64,000 bases of DNA from Clostridia bacterium (GTDB lineage: Bacteria > Bacillota > Clostridia > TANB77 > CAG-508), in contig CAAGKK010000041.1 of assembly GCA_900770385.1 (NCBI GenBank), forward strand, positions 67,557 to 131,556, given 5' to 3'. Position 1 is the stretch's first letter. Each line of letters begins with the position of its first letter. Positions 36,592 through 47,331 of this stretch are shown piece by piece. The notes below the pieces were generated by a model. It was not told the DNA's origin, ran no database searches, and saw only the letters and a program-made list of their open reading frames with translations. Made by a program: the position numbers and the translations under genes.

Positions 36592-37449
36592 TTATTCCTC
36601 CTCTTTTTCTTCTAATATTTTTATTCCTTTTGCAACTACAGTTATTTTTTGTACATTCATTGTTGTTAATCTTTCAATTTCTTTTTTTGCTTTTTCCTTA
36701 AAAGAACTTAAGCTTTTTACCAAATCAAAACCAAAATAAACAATTACTTCCATATAGATAGAAGGTCCTTCTGGCATATTATCTACTCTGGTTTTTACTA
36801 TTTTATAAATAAAATCCGTTTTTGAAGCTAAGTATTCTATTATTTGCCTAAAAACTGCATCTGAAATTGTAAAATTACCTAAATAACTAAAAGTTGGTCT
36901 TATAATAGATTTTTCAGAAATATATGGCTTAACACCTCTTCCTTTAGTTTTAAATATTTGTAAAGGATCTAATATGTATCCTGAAAAATCCTTTTTTATT
37001 TCAAAAGTTGGTACTGGAATAACATGCTTTCCCTCTGTTGTTCTAATTCTTTTTGCTGTTTCCATCTCTTCTTTTGTTGCTATTTCATTTATATATATTG
37101 TTTTTTCTATCTTAGGAAGTCCCAAATTTTCAGCAATTTTTTCTACCATATTATCTGAAGTTCCTAAAATTAAAATGCTATCAGGTTTATATTTTTTTAT
37201 TGCCTTTTTTATATCTTGTTTTTCTTCATCGGTTAAAAATAAAGCATGTTTCACTGTTTCTATTTTTGTTGGAGCTTTTTTAGCAGAATCTCCTGCTATT
37301 ACTTCATTATCTTTTATAAACAATCCGTCATCAATAATATAATGAATATCATATTCTCCTGCAACCATTTGTGCTCTGTAACTTTTTCCCGTTCCAGATG
37401 GTCCAACAAACGCATATGTTTTTATTTTATTATTGTTTCCTAATAACAA
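36592..37449 (-). CDS. P-loop NTPase with Asp23/Gls24-like C-terminal region
   Basis: FVGPSGTGKSYRA Walker A; the C-terminal about 100 aa (FTISDAVFRQI...IYMEVIVYFGFDL...ITVVAKGI) resembles the alkaline-shock Asp23 family. Confidence 0.45.
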   Translation of the reverse strand: MLLGNNNKIKTYAFVGPSGTGKSYRAQMVAGEYDIHYIIDDGLFIKDNEVIAGDSAKKAPTKIETVKHALFLTDEEKQDIKKAIKKYKPDSILILGTSDNMVEKIAENLGLPKIEKTIYINEIATKEEMETAKRIRTTEGKHVIPVPTFEIKKDFSGYILDPLQIFKTKGRGVKPYISEKSIIRPTFSYLGNFTISDAVFRQIIEYLASKTDFIYKIVKTRVDNMPEGPSIYMEVIVYFGFDLVKSLSSFKEKAKKEIERLTTMNVQKITVVAKGIKILEEKEEE

Positions 37450-37527
37450 TCATAATCACCTTCTTTTATTAATGCTTGTTTATTTATATCATAAAAGTAA
37501 GTTTTGTTCAACAATATTATATAAAAT

Positions 37528-37575
37528 AAAGCGGAATAATTTCCGCTCGGGCGGACAGAGGCGTCCGCCCCTACA
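37528..37575. repeat. GC-rich palindromic intergenic element, copy 2 (inverted relative to copy 1)
   Basis: reverse complement is 46/48 identical to 7173..7220; positioned as terminator of the GT2 gene. Confidence 0.85.
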
Positions 37576-37634
37576 TATAGCTTTTTAATATAGTATGATG
37601 TGATAAAATTCCTACTACATAAAAAGAAGAGCAA

Positions 37635-38882
37635 TTATATTTGCTCTTCTACTTTTGCTAAATCATTTATTTTTATATTTCTAACATGCTCAATTTTTTC
37701 CCATTTTAAATCACGCTTAAATAAACATTTAAAGTTTATTACTAACCATGAACCTAAAAATAATGGATAACACAACAAACCTTTTGCCATTGGTTTTACT
37801 TTTTTATGTTCTATCTTCATTATTAATATAGCTGTTAATATTGGTAAAAAGAATGTTGGAATTATATATCTAGCATAGTTCATTATTAATTCCATGCCTG
37901 TAAGACCTTTTCCTAAATATAAACCTGCATTTACTAATAATAGTAATAATGTAATTATAAACATTGGAATACTTCCTACTATATATAATAAACCATCAAA
38001 ATTCATAACAGTTTTATTTTCTTTAACTGCTAGAGCTAATTTTTTAGTATATTCTCCCATACATTGTATATGTCCCACTGTCCATCTTGAACGCTGAGAA
38101 CATGATTGTTTAAATCCTACTGGTTGTTCATCATACACAATAGCATTTCTTGCCCAACCTAATTTTCTACCTCTAATAATTTGCTTTAATGAAAATTCTA
38201 TATCCTCTGTTAAAGTTTTTGTATTCCATCCTTCTGGTTTTACTTGGTCAAATCTAACCATAAATCCTGTTCCGTTGATTAATGGTGATAAACCAATATT
38301 ATACCTTGCTAAATGATAGAATCTATTCATTGTCCAATAGAATATTGCATATCCAGCAGTTACCCAACTATCTGTAGGGTTTTTAATATCTCTATATCCT
38401 TGTACTACTGTTTCACCTTGACATAATTTAATATTCATATTTTTTAAAAAATTCACATCAACAATATTATCTGCATCAAATATGCAGAAAGCATCATATG
38501 GTGCATTTTCTTCAATTTTTTGAGCTAAAAACCAATTTAATGCAGCACCTTTAGTTTTATGCATAGGATCAAATCTTTCATACACAATTGCTCCTGCTGC
38601 TTTTGCTATTTTAGCTGTATTATCTGTACAATTATCAGCAATTACATAGATATCGTATGAGTCTTTTGGATAATCTTGTTTTTGTAAACTTAAAATTAAA
38701 TTTTCAACAACTGCTTCTTCATTGTGAGCAGGTATAATTGCCATAAATTTGTTTGTTTTTTCTTCTAAAATAGGTTTTTCTTTGAAATTAATTAAAGAGC
38801 ATATACTAATTACAAATTGATATACCCAAAATATAGTTATAATCCAAACTAATGCTTCTTGTAATATATATAAAAATCCCAT
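37635..38882 (-). CDS. membrane-embedded processive family-2 glycosyltransferase
   Basis: IIPAHNEE, FDADN, QRSRW (Q-x-x-R-W) motifs; N- and C-terminal TM helices. Confidence 0.8.
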   Translation of the reverse strand: MGFLYILQEALVWIITIFWVYQFVISICSLINFKEKPILEEKTNKFMAIIPAHNEEAVVENLILSLQKQDYPKDSYDIYVIADNCTDNTAKIAKAAGAIVYERFDPMHKTKGAALNWFLAQKIEENAPYDAFCIFDADNIVDVNFLKNMNIKLCQGETVVQGYRDIKNPTDSWVTAGYAIFYWTMNRFYHLARYNIGLSPLINGTGFMVRFDQVKPEGWNTKTLTEDIEFSLKQIIRGRKLGWARNAIVYDEQPVGFKQSCSQRSRWTVGHIQCMGEYTKKLALAVKENKTVMNFDGLLYIVGSIPMFIITLLLLLVNAGLYLGKGLTGMELIMNYARYIIPTFFLPILTAILIMKIEHKKVKPMAKGLLCYPLFLGSWLVINFKCLFKRDLKWEKIEHVRNIKINDLAKVEEQI

Positions 38883-39037
38883 TTTTTTCTCCTTATTTAA
38901 ATATTTATATTATTTAATATTATTATCCGTACTTTTCTATTATACTATAAAAAATAAATAAATGCAAATTTTAGATAAAAAGTTATAATTTGGAAGCAAA
39001 AAACTGTATATTAACAGATTTGTTTGCTTCCCTATAT

Positions 39038-41185
39038 TTATTCTTCTATATTATCTTGTTTTAATTTTCTTTCTAATTCTTTTATATCATCTAATTCCTT
39101 AGTTATTAGATTTATTCTACCTTGATCATCTATTTCATATGCTTTTACTGTTACTTTATCTCCAACTTTTAAAACATCTTCTACTTTTTCTATTCTTGCT
39201 TTTGATATTTTAGAAATATGAAGTAATCCTTCTTTTCCTGATCCTAAATCTATAAATGCTCCAAATGGCATTATTCTACTAACTGTTCCTTCGTAAACAC
39301 CGCCAACTTCAATTTCTCTTACTATATCTTGAACCATTGCAAGAGCTTTTTTTGCTGCCTGAGAATCGTTTGAATATATAAATACTCTTCCATCTTCTTC
39401 TATATCTATTTTAACACCTGTTTCAGCAATGATTTTATTTATTACTTTTCCACCAGGTCCTATTACATCTTTAATTTTATCTATTTTAACTGTCATTTTT
39501 TCTATACTTGGTGCATATTTAGAAATTTCTTTTCTAGGTTCTGCTATTTGTGGTTTCATAATATCATCTAGTATATATTTCCTTGCATTTTTTGTTCTTT
39601 CAAAAGCTTCTGCAATAATATCGTATGTTAGTCCATCAATTTTGATGTCAACTTGAATAGCTGTAATACCTTTATGTGTACCTCCTACTTTAAAGTCCAT
39701 ATCTCCGAAAAAGTCTTCTAATCCTTGAATATCTGTTATCATTACATATCTATTTGGATCATTTTTATCTGTAACTAAACCTGTTGAAATTCCTGCTACT
39801 GGAGCTTTAATAGGAACTCCTGCATCCATTAATGCAAGTGTACTACCGCAAATACTAGCTTGTGATGTTGAACCATTTGAGCTTAAAACTTCTGATACAA
39901 CTCTTATAGCATATGGAAATTCATTTTCTGATGGAAGTACTGGAACTAAAGCTTTTTCTGCTAATGCTCCATGACCTATTTCTCTTCTTCCAGGTCCTCT
40001 TGATGGTCTTGCTTCTCCTACACTATATGCTGGGAAATTATAATGGTGCATATATCTTTTTGATTCTTCTTCATCTAAACCATCTAATATTTGTTCTTCA
40101 CTTTTCATTCCTAATGTTGCAATAGACATTACTTGTGTTCTTCCTCTAGTGAATATTGCACTACCATGAACTCTTGGAAGAACTCCTACTTCGCAAGAAA
40201 GAGGTCTTATCTCATCAATTTTTCTTCCATCTGGTCTAATATGATGTTCCAATATCATTTCTCTTACACATTTTTTTTCAAGGTCATGTATACTTTCTTT
40301 TATATCAGACATTTTTTCTAATGTTTCTTCTTCACCATGTCTTTCTGTATAAAATTCAATAATGTCTTCAGTTATTTTGTCTATGGCAATATCTCTTTCT
40401 ATTTTGTCTTGTGCTTGTACATCATTATACATCCTGTCTTTGAATTCTTTTTCTATTTCTTCGTATACATTTGTATCAACTGCAAATGATTTATATTCAA
40501 ATTTAGGTTTTCCAATTTCTGCTTTTATATCTTTTATAAATTTACATACTTTTTTAATTTCAACATGAGCTTTTTTTATTGCTTCAAGCATTGTATCTTC
40601 TGGTATTTCATTTGCTCCTGCTTCGATCATTGCTATTTTTTCTTCAGTACCTGCTACTGTTAAAGTTAAGTCACTTATTTCTCTTTGAGCTTGTGTTGGG
40701 TTTATTATTATTTCTCCATTAACATATCCAACATTAACAGCTGCTGTAGGTCCTCCAAAAGGTATATCTGATATTGAAAGAGCTGCTGAAGCTCCTATCA
40801 TTGCAGCAACTTCTGGTGCATTATCTTGTTCTACTGATAATGCAGTTGCTACAACACATACATCATTTCTAAAATCTTTTGGAAATAATGGTCTTAGTGG
40901 TCTGTCTATAGCTCTAGAAGTAAGGATTGCTTTATCTGCTGGTTTTCCTTCTCTTTTTTGAAAACTTCCAGGTATTTTTCCTACTGCATATAACTTTTCT
41001 TCATAATCTACAGATAATGGAAAGAAATCTATTCCATCTCTAGGTTCTTTTGAAGCTGTAACATTTACCATTACAACAGTATCACCATATTTAACAACAA
41101 CACTACCATTAGCTAGTCCAGCTATCTTTCCTGTTTCTATTACAAGTTTTCTTCCTGCCAATTCCATTTCATAACTTTTTAACAT
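39038..41185 (-). CDS. pnp: polyribonucleotide nucleotidyltransferase (PNPase)
   Basis: 715 aa, duplicated RNase PH core (FGDMDFKVGGT), KH (VIGPGGKVINKI) and S1 (GLLHISKIS) domains; downstream of rpsO. Confidence 0.97.
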   Translation of the reverse strand: MLKSYEMELAGRKLVIETGKIAGLANGSVVVKYGDTVVMVNVTASKEPRDGIDFFPLSVDYEEKLYAVGKIPGSFQKREGKPADKAILTSRAIDRPLRPLFPKDFRNDVCVVATALSVEQDNAPEVAAMIGASAALSISDIPFGGPTAAVNVGYVNGEIIINPTQAQREISDLTLTVAGTEEKIAMIEAGANEIPEDTMLEAIKKAHVEIKKVCKFIKDIKAEIGKPKFEYKSFAVDTNVYEEIEKEFKDRMYNDVQAQDKIERDIAIDKITEDIIEFYTERHGEEETLEKMSDIKESIHDLEKKCVREMILEHHIRPDGRKIDEIRPLSCEVGVLPRVHGSAIFTRGRTQVMSIATLGMKSEEQILDGLDEEESKRYMHHYNFPAYSVGEARPSRGPGRREIGHGALAEKALVPVLPSENEFPYAIRVVSEVLSSNGSTSQASICGSTLALMDAGVPIKAPVAGISTGLVTDKNDPNRYVMITDIQGLEDFFGDMDFKVGGTHKGITAIQVDIKIDGLTYDIIAEAFERTKNARKYILDDIMKPQIAEPRKEISKYAPSIEKMTVKIDKIKDVIGPGGKVINKIIAETGVKIDIEEDGRVFIYSNDSQAAKKALAMVQDIVREIEVGGVYEGTVSRIMPFGAFIDLGSGKEGLLHISKISKARIEKVEDVLKVGDKVTVKAYEIDDQGRINLITKELDDIKELERKLKQDNIEE

Positions 41186-41320
41186 AAATTTTTTCTCCTT
41201 TATTCTTTAATTTGATTTATTATGTTATCAGATTGTAACCTTTATAATATGTTTTATAATATAAAGCACATTATATAAGCTACCTCTAAATAACAAAAAT
41301 AAACCTTTTAATAACACAAT

Positions 41321-41352
41321 ATAGGACGGTTGATAAAATCAAACGCCCTATA
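41321..41352 (-). terminator. rpsO-pnp intergenic hairpin
   Basis: tagggcgtttgat-ttt-atcaaccgtccta imperfect stem on the minus strand just after the rpsO stop. Confidence 0.55.
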
Positions 41353-41360
41353 TGACATTA

Positions 41361-41624
41361 TTATTTTCTTAAGCCTAATTTTTCAACGATATCTCTATAT
41401 CTTTGAATATCAGTTTTTGCTAAGTAGTTTAATAAATTTCTTCTTTTACCAACCATTTTTAAAAGACCTCTTCTTGAATGATTGTCATGAGTATGAACTT
41501 TAAGATGTTCTGTAAGTTCTGTAATTCTTTCTGTCAATAAAGCAATTTGAACTTCTGAAGATCCTGTATCTTTTTCATCTCTTCTGTAAGTAGAAATTAT
41601 TTCTTGTTTTCTTTCTTTAGTCAT
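41361..41624 (-). CDS. rpsO: 30S ribosomal protein S15
   Basis: 87 aa; [29 protein letters not shown]. Confidence 0.97.
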   Translation of the reverse strand: MTKERKQEIISTYRRDEKDTGSSEVQIALLTERITELTEHLKVHTHDNHSRRGLLKMVGKRRNLLNYLAKTDIQRYRDIVEKLGLRK

Positions 41625-41827
41625 ATCGACACCTCCTATAAAATTATATGCCTTAATCTGAGCTTAAGTTGGTGTTACTCTTTAAGCTAAGAACAAGGTA
41701 ATTTTTTTAACAACATTATTTTACTATAATTTTTATATAATTGCAAGTAATTTTATATAATTTATATATTTTTCTCTTTTAAAAAATTACCTCAGAACAT
41801 ACTATTCTGAGGTGTTATATTTGTTTA

Positions 41828-43123
41828 TTAATATGTAAATTTTATGTCTTCTTTTCTATATTCTTTAGGCCTTAATCCAAATCTTTTTCTCATATAGTCT
41901 AAAATAACTATTAATATTGCAAGGCTAGCTAATGAAACTAATAATATAGCATTTTTTATACCTAGTTTTTCTAATATTTGAGAACATATTAATGATAAAA
42001 TTACAGCGGATAAACAACTTATTAATTCAAAAGCAAATGTAATTTTAGGTCTTGTTTTTTCTCTAGTAAAGTTTCTTAAATATTTTTCTTTAACAATATA
42101 CCATTGTGCTATATCTATTTTGTTTATTATGTATAATATTAGAACTATTGGAAGAGCTATTGTATTATAAAAATTAATTGAAACTACTGCTATAATAATC
42201 CAAGACAAAATATATGTTAAAGAAATAAATGTTAACATTTTATTTTTTAACTTGTCTTGTAATTTTTGACTATATGCACTAGAAATTGCAGCTATTAAAC
42301 TAAGACTTGCAATAATTGCAGAAAATTGTTCCGCACCAACATTTAGTTCAGTAAGCAAGTTACTTTTATATGTATCCATAATTTTTATTAAGGAATAGAA
42401 TATTGATCCAAAAATAACAAAGGATCTCATTCTATTTGATTTTCTTATGAAATTAAAAGAAGCAATAATATCTCTTTTATATTCTTTAATAAAAGTTGAT
42501 ACTGCTTTTTTCTTTTTATTTATGTTAATTTCTTCTAACTTAATAGATAAAATCAATGATATAAGTAAGCAACTTGCACAGATAATCATTGGTATATAAT
42601 TATTTATTACAAATAAATATCCAGCTGTCAATGATAATGCTGCATCGATTACATAATATGCTGTTGATCCCTTACTTTCAAGCTTAGTATATAAACCATC
42701 TCCACCTTTTGTTGCAACAGAATCATATAGCAAATTTCCATCGCAGATTGCTTTTATATCATATCCTATTGCAGCAAGAATTTCATATATACATATCATC
42801 CAAAAATTTGATGATGATATTAACAAAATAATGCCCAAAAAGATAGATAAATTTCCTATTATTAGGCTTTTTCTTTTTCCTATGTACTCTGATAAAATGA
42901 CAGCTGGTATTTCAAACAATAACTTAGCAAAAACATATATAGCAGTTATTAATAATACTTCACTAGGAGAAACGCCTTTTGTTATTGTTAAAAATAAATA
43001 TTCTATAGAATAATAACATAGTAAATCCCACGAAAATGCTTTATAAATAGGATATAACATTGCATTATTTCTTCTTTTTTTACTATGTTTTGTTCTTGAT
43101 TTCTTTTCTAATACTATTTGCAT
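41828..43123 (-). CDS. polytopic membrane transporter (MFS-like)
   Basis: 431 aa, about 12 TMs; architecture only. Confidence 0.55.
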   Translation of the reverse strand: MQIVLEKKSRTKHSKKRRNNAMLYPIYKAFSWDLLCYYSIEYLFLTITKGVSPSEVLLITAIYVFAKLLFEIPAVILSEYIGKRKSLIIGNLSIFLGIILLISSSNFWMICIYEILAAIGYDIKAICDGNLLYDSVATKGGDGLYTKLESKGSTAYYVIDAALSLTAGYLFVINNYIPMIICASCLLISLILSIKLEEININKKKKAVSTFIKEYKRDIIASFNFIRKSNRMRSFVIFGSIFYSLIKIMDTYKSNLLTELNVGAEQFSAIIASLSLIAAISSAYSQKLQDKLKNKMLTFISLTYILSWIIIAVVSINFYNTIALPIVLILYIINKIDIAQWYIVKEKYLRNFTREKTRPKITFAFELISCLSAVILSLICSQILEKLGIKNAILLVSLASLAILIVILDYMRKRFGLRPKEYRKEDIKFTY

Positions 43124-43132
43124 ATGTACTCC

Positions 43133-43831
43133 CTAATATTTTTTCATATTCTTAAGTAATTCCTTTTGGTCTTTTGTTATTCTGTATGATTCTATGGCCT
43201 TTTGCAATGATTTATTATATGTCCATTTGTCTATTTTTGAATTGTTTTTTAAATAATTAATTGTTTTATCATAATACTTTATTAAACAAATTGAAATCGC
43301 CCATGCAATAGCCATTTTTACATAGTAGTATTCTGATTGGATATTATTAAATATCCTAAATATTTCTTCTAGGTATTTTTCTTCTATATAATAATCTAAT
43401 ATTATTACAATTGCAAATCTTAAATAAAATTCTTGATCTGAATCTAAATATTGCTTGATAAAGCCCCACATGTTTTCTTTATTTTGGTTAACTATTTTTA
43501 ATCCTGCACAAAAAGTATCACAAATAGCCCAATTATCAATTTTAGGAATATACCCTTCAATATATTTTTTTATTACATTAAAATTTTCTTTTGAATTTAA
43601 ACCTATTAACATTCCCTGCAGCATTATTTCTTCGTAATACTCATCATCTATGTTATTAATTAATTCTTCAAAACTATATTTTTTAATTAATTTTTTAGCA
43701 TATTCTCTTAAAACTGGAACTCTTATGCCTAATATATTATTAATTCCCGGACACAAATTAGAATGAAAACTTTTATATTTAGAATCCGACATTTGAATCA
43801 ATTCTTGCTTTATTTTATTAGAAATAGACAT
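43133..43831 (-). CDS. DNA alkylation repair protein (AlkD-like HEAT-repeat family)
   Basis: FHSNLCPG..NILGIRVPVLR and IDNWAICDTFC motifs. Confidence 0.7.
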   Translation of the reverse strand: MSISNKIKQELIQMSDSKYKSFHSNLCPGINNILGIRVPVLREYAKKLIKKYSFEELINNIDDEYYEEIMLQGMLIGLNSKENFNVIKKYIEGYIPKIDNWAICDTFCAGLKIVNQNKENMWGFIKQYLDSDQEFYLRFAIVIILDYYIEEKYLEEIFRIFNNIQSEYYYVKMAIAWAISICLIKYYDKTINYLKNNSKIDKWTYNKSLQKAIESYRITKDQKELLKNMKKY

Positions 43832-43888
43832 TTTTTCTCCTTAATCTTAAAACAAAAAATCTTTATGTTGGTTTAGCATAAAGATTTT

Positions 43889-43929
43889 AGTTATATAATA
43901 GGAAAATTTTAGTTTCCTATTATATAACT
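43889..43929. repeat. perfect palindrome with 17-bp arms
   Basis: agttatataataggaaa-attttag-tttcctattatataact, next to a separate terminator hairpin at about 43855-43886. Confidence 0.6.
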
Positions 43930-43992
43930 TTTTCTAAGCACACTATTAATATTAATTATAATAAAACACTTGTGTACTTTTTGTATATAATT

Positions 43993-45069
43993 TTATTTTA
44001 CATATTCATTTAAAGGTTTTATTTTATATACTAATTCTCCTAATTCAGATGTTGGTACAAAACCTGGTCTTCCATTTATTACATCTGGTATTCTATTTAC
44101 AATAGTTCCACATGTAAGTTCAACTGTTGCGGGTCTTGCAACTGTTATTGTTGTATCTGGTTCACCATATACTGTCCACTCATTTTTATCAAAATCATCT
44201 TTTGAATATACTTTTCCTATACATTCTGATTCTATTGTTATTCCTTCTTCAGTTTCAGTTGTAACAACTGCACTCATTCCTGTTGCATCACCTTTTTTTA
44301 CTGTCATTCCTAATGTGTCTGAATAAATATCTTCACTATGAGTTGTTGGTACTGTTTTTTGTGTTTGTGATTTTATTGTTAATCCTAATTTATCACATAA
44401 CCAACCATTTGTATTCCACATATATGAAGGTAAATATTCTCCGCTTTCAATAACTTTTTGTCTTTCTTCATCACTTATTTTATCTACTGATGCTACTTGC
44501 TTATCAAATTCATCTAATGTAAGACCAGCACCATGAGCATTAGCCAAAGCTATACCATAGTCCTCTACATTATAACTTGAACTTCCTTTAATTTTCTTAA
44601 TACTTTGAGTAGATCCTGCTATACTTGTAATTAATTGTCCCCAATAAATATCTTGATATCCTGTTCCTGTTATTGTACATCCTGTTTGTTTTGCTAATTC
44701 ATCTACTCTTTTTGTTAATGTTGGATTTGAGTTCCAAGAATAAAAAGCCTCTTCACAAGTTGTAATAGCATTAATTCCTAATTTAGCGCATAACATTAGT
44801 GCATCTGTTAAATCTTTTAATAAACTCATTGTTTCTATAACTACTATATCTGGTTTTACTTCTTTTAGCATTTCTTCTGCTTCATTAAAGGCTGTGACTG
44901 TTACACCTTTATTTTCACATCCAATAATCTCACCAATATCTTTACCAATAACTGCTGGGTTTACATCGATTGCTCCAACAATTTCGCCACCTTTTTCGTA
45001 AACATATCTCATTGTGTATTTAGCCATTTTTCCAGTTCCTAATTGAACTACTTTTACCTTTCTTTCCAT
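43993..45069 (-). CDS. DapB-N-like NAD(P)-binding oxidoreductase (amine / 2,4-diaminopentanoate dehydrogenase-like)
   Basis: VKVVQLGTGKMAKY Rossmann start, 358 aa; family assignment tentative. Confidence 0.45.
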   Translation of the reverse strand: MERKVKVVQLGTGKMAKYTMRYVYEKGGEIVGAIDVNPAVIGKDIGEIIGCENKGVTVTAFNEAEEMLKEVKPDIVVIETMSLLKDLTDALMLCAKLGINAITTCEEAFYSWNSNPTLTKRVDELAKQTGCTITGTGYQDIYWGQLITSIAGSTQSIKKIKGSSSYNVEDYGIALANAHGAGLTLDEFDKQVASVDKISDEERQKVIESGEYLPSYMWNTNGWLCDKLGLTIKSQTQKTVPTTHSEDIYSDTLGMTVKKGDATGMSAVVTTETEEGITIESECIGKVYSKDDFDKNEWTVYGEPDTTITVARPATVELTCGTIVNRIPDVINGRPGFVPTSELGELVYKIKPLNEYVK

Positions 45070-45151
45070 AATAAAACCTCCTTTAAATTTAATTTATTAT
45101 AGTTATTATACTTCAAAAAAAATATATCATACTCATTTTATTTTTTCAATA

Positions 45152-45739
45152 TTATTCTATTTCTTTACTTATAAAATCCACAACTTCATTTAAAACTTTT
45201 TCTCTATCCTTAGTTGTATCAAAATATTTAATTCCATATTTAGGACAATCCTTTTTAAATTCCTCATTAGTTTCAATCCATTTTTTAGCATGTGATTTTA
45301 GGTCTTCATATGGAATATTATAAGACCAATCATCTGGCACATCATGTTCTCTGCAAAGATTTATAACATCTTCTACATCAAAATCTCCCAGTCCTAAACA
45401 TACAACACAAGTATTATCAAAATTTATTAATTCATTTACAAGAGCAGGTGATAGTTGTCCGCTTTCTAATATATATGGGTATTTATTTTTATCCTTATTT
45501 TTATCGCATAAACTTTTAAATATTTCTAATAATATTTTCTGATACATTTCACTATGTTCAAATTCTTTTTGTTCATCTATATGTGTTTCATAATACTCTT
45601 CTTTGCCTTGGCCTCTTATTATTCCCCATTTCACAGAATCACTATGAAGTAAATTGTATTCTTTATATTTTTCTTTTAACATCTTACTAGTAGTTGTTTT
45701 TCCAGCTCTTCCAGTTCCCATTATTATTATATTTTTCAT
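45152..45739 (-). CDS. small P-loop kinase-like protein
   Basis: IIIMGTGRAGKTTTSKML Walker A; 195 aa. Confidence 0.5.
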   Translation of the reverse strand: MKNIIIMGTGRAGKTTTSKMLKEKYKEYNLLHSDSVKWGIIRGQGKEEYYETHIDEQKEFEHSEMYQKILLEIFKSLCDKNKDKNKYPYILESGQLSPALVNELINFDNTCVVCLGLGDFDVEDVINLCREHDVPDDWSYNIPYEDLKSHAKKWIETNEEFKKDCPKYGIKYFDTTKDREKVLNEVVDFISKEIE

Positions 45740-45981
45740 TTCAATTCCTCTCTGTTTTTCATATTATTTTCTATTGTAATTCCTTCGCCTTCTGTTAAAT
45801 AGACTTTTCCTTATCTCTTTATATTCCACATAATACATTCATTCCTTTTATTGGTTATTTCGACATAATACTATCATAAAACCAAAAAAAGGTAAATAAT
45901 ATTATGCTAAATCTGTGGACAAGTAAAATTTGTTATTATATAATATATTTGTATATAAACCTAAGAAAGAGAGTTAAAATA

Positions 45982-47307
45982 ATGATGGATAATAGGAGCT
46001 CTTTTAACTATCAAGATAGAAACTTATCTGAAGTTTTTAGAGAATTACAAGAAATTAAGAATAATCCAATATTACAAGCTTCTTACAGAAAGAAAAGTAG
46101 AAAAAAAATAAACTTTAAATCTATTTTTCCTTCTAATATTAAGATAGCTAAGTTACATTCACATTATTCTATAATAAGTTTTATTATAGTATTTCTTTTT
46201 GTGGTATTATTTTGTAATAAAAAGATTTTTGCTAAATCAAATACTCCTAAATACGAATTAAATAATAATGCATTTAATATTCAAAAAATAGTTTCAGCAA
46301 ATGCTAATATAAATACTTTTAAAGAACAAACAATAACAGAATTTAATATAGTTTATTCTAAAATTTACAATAATAATTCTACTCTTCCAAAAGGAGAAGA
46401 AATTATTACAAAACCTGGTGTGTTTGGAAAAAAGAAAATATCTTCAGTTAAAACATGGGAAAATGGAAGCTTAGTAAACGAAGTAATCCTTTCTGAAGAA
46501 ACATTATCTCTTCCATCTTCTGAATATATAGATGTTGGTACATCAGAATTTTTAGCTAAATATTCTGTACATATTGGTGATACAATGTATGTCACACAAA
46601 ATATAAGTTTAAAAAAAGATGCAGATGCTAAATCTGAAGATTTAGTTGAAATAAAAGAAAACCTAGATGTAAAGCTAATTGGACTAATTAATGAAGAATG
46701 GTGTAAAGTATCTTTCGACAATGTTGAAGGCTATTTAAAAACAGAAAATTTAACTTCTTCTACATTCTCTCCAGATATTGTAGAAAAATCTAGAATAACA
46801 AGGATTTTACTTGGCGTTAATATCGATATGGAATTAAATAAATCTAGTAATTTAACAAAAGAAGATTTTCAAAAAATATTATCTGATTTACCAAAAGATA
46901 CCAATAACATTTTTAAAGATAATTACGAAATATTTTACAACATGGATAAGAAATATAATATAAATGGTGTGTTTTTAGCTTCAATAGCAATACATGAAAG
47001 TAATTGGGGTACTTCTACAATTGCTAATGACAAAAAAAATTTGTTCGGCTATGGAGCTTATGATAGAAGTCCATACGAATCATCTTTTACTTTTTCAGAT
47101 TATAGTGATGGAATAGAAATTGTTGCAAAAGCATTAGCAAAATATTATCTTAATACAGCTGGTACAAAGATATCTGATGATGAAACAGCTGTTGGTTCTT
47201 ATTATAATGAGCCTACAGTAAAAGGAGTAAATACTAGATACGCAAGTGATAAAGAATGGTATTCAAAAGTATATAGTTATATGGAATTATTATATGGTAA
47301 ACTTTAA
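45982..47307 (+). CDS. cell-wall N-acetylglucosaminidase with G5-like and SH3b-like domains
   Basis: C-terminal LASIAIHESNWGTS...NLFGYGAYD glucosaminidase motif; TM anchor; start placed at MMDNRSS. Confidence 0.65.
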   Translation: MMDNRSSFNYQDRNLSEVFRELQEIKNNPILQASYRKKSRKKINFKSIFPSNIKIAKLHSHYSIISFIIVFLFVVLFCNKKIFAKSNTPKYELNNNAFNIQKIVSANANINTFKEQTITEFNIVYSKIYNNNSTLPKGEEIITKPGVFGKKKISSVKTWENGSLVNEVILSEETLSLPSSEYIDVGTSEFLAKYSVHIGDTMYVTQNISLKKDADAKSEDLVEIKENLDVKLIGLINEEWCKVSFDNVEGYLKTENLTSSTFSPDIVEKSRITRILLGVNIDMELNKSSNLTKEDFQKILSDLPKDTNNIFKDNYEIFYNMDKKYNINGVFLASIAIHESNWGTSTIANDKKNLFGYGAYDRSPYESSFTFSDYSDGIEIVAKALAKYYLNTAGTKISDDETAVGSYYNEPTVKGVNTRYASDKEWYSKVYSYMELLYGKL

Positions 47308-47331
47308 TTTATCATATCAGGAGAAAATCAA

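Noticed and set aside
37440-37634. 64-aa ORF in the supplied track
   Set aside because: It is read straight through the GC-rich palindromic repeat/terminator between two well-supported genes. It has no RBS and its composition is dictated by the hairpins.
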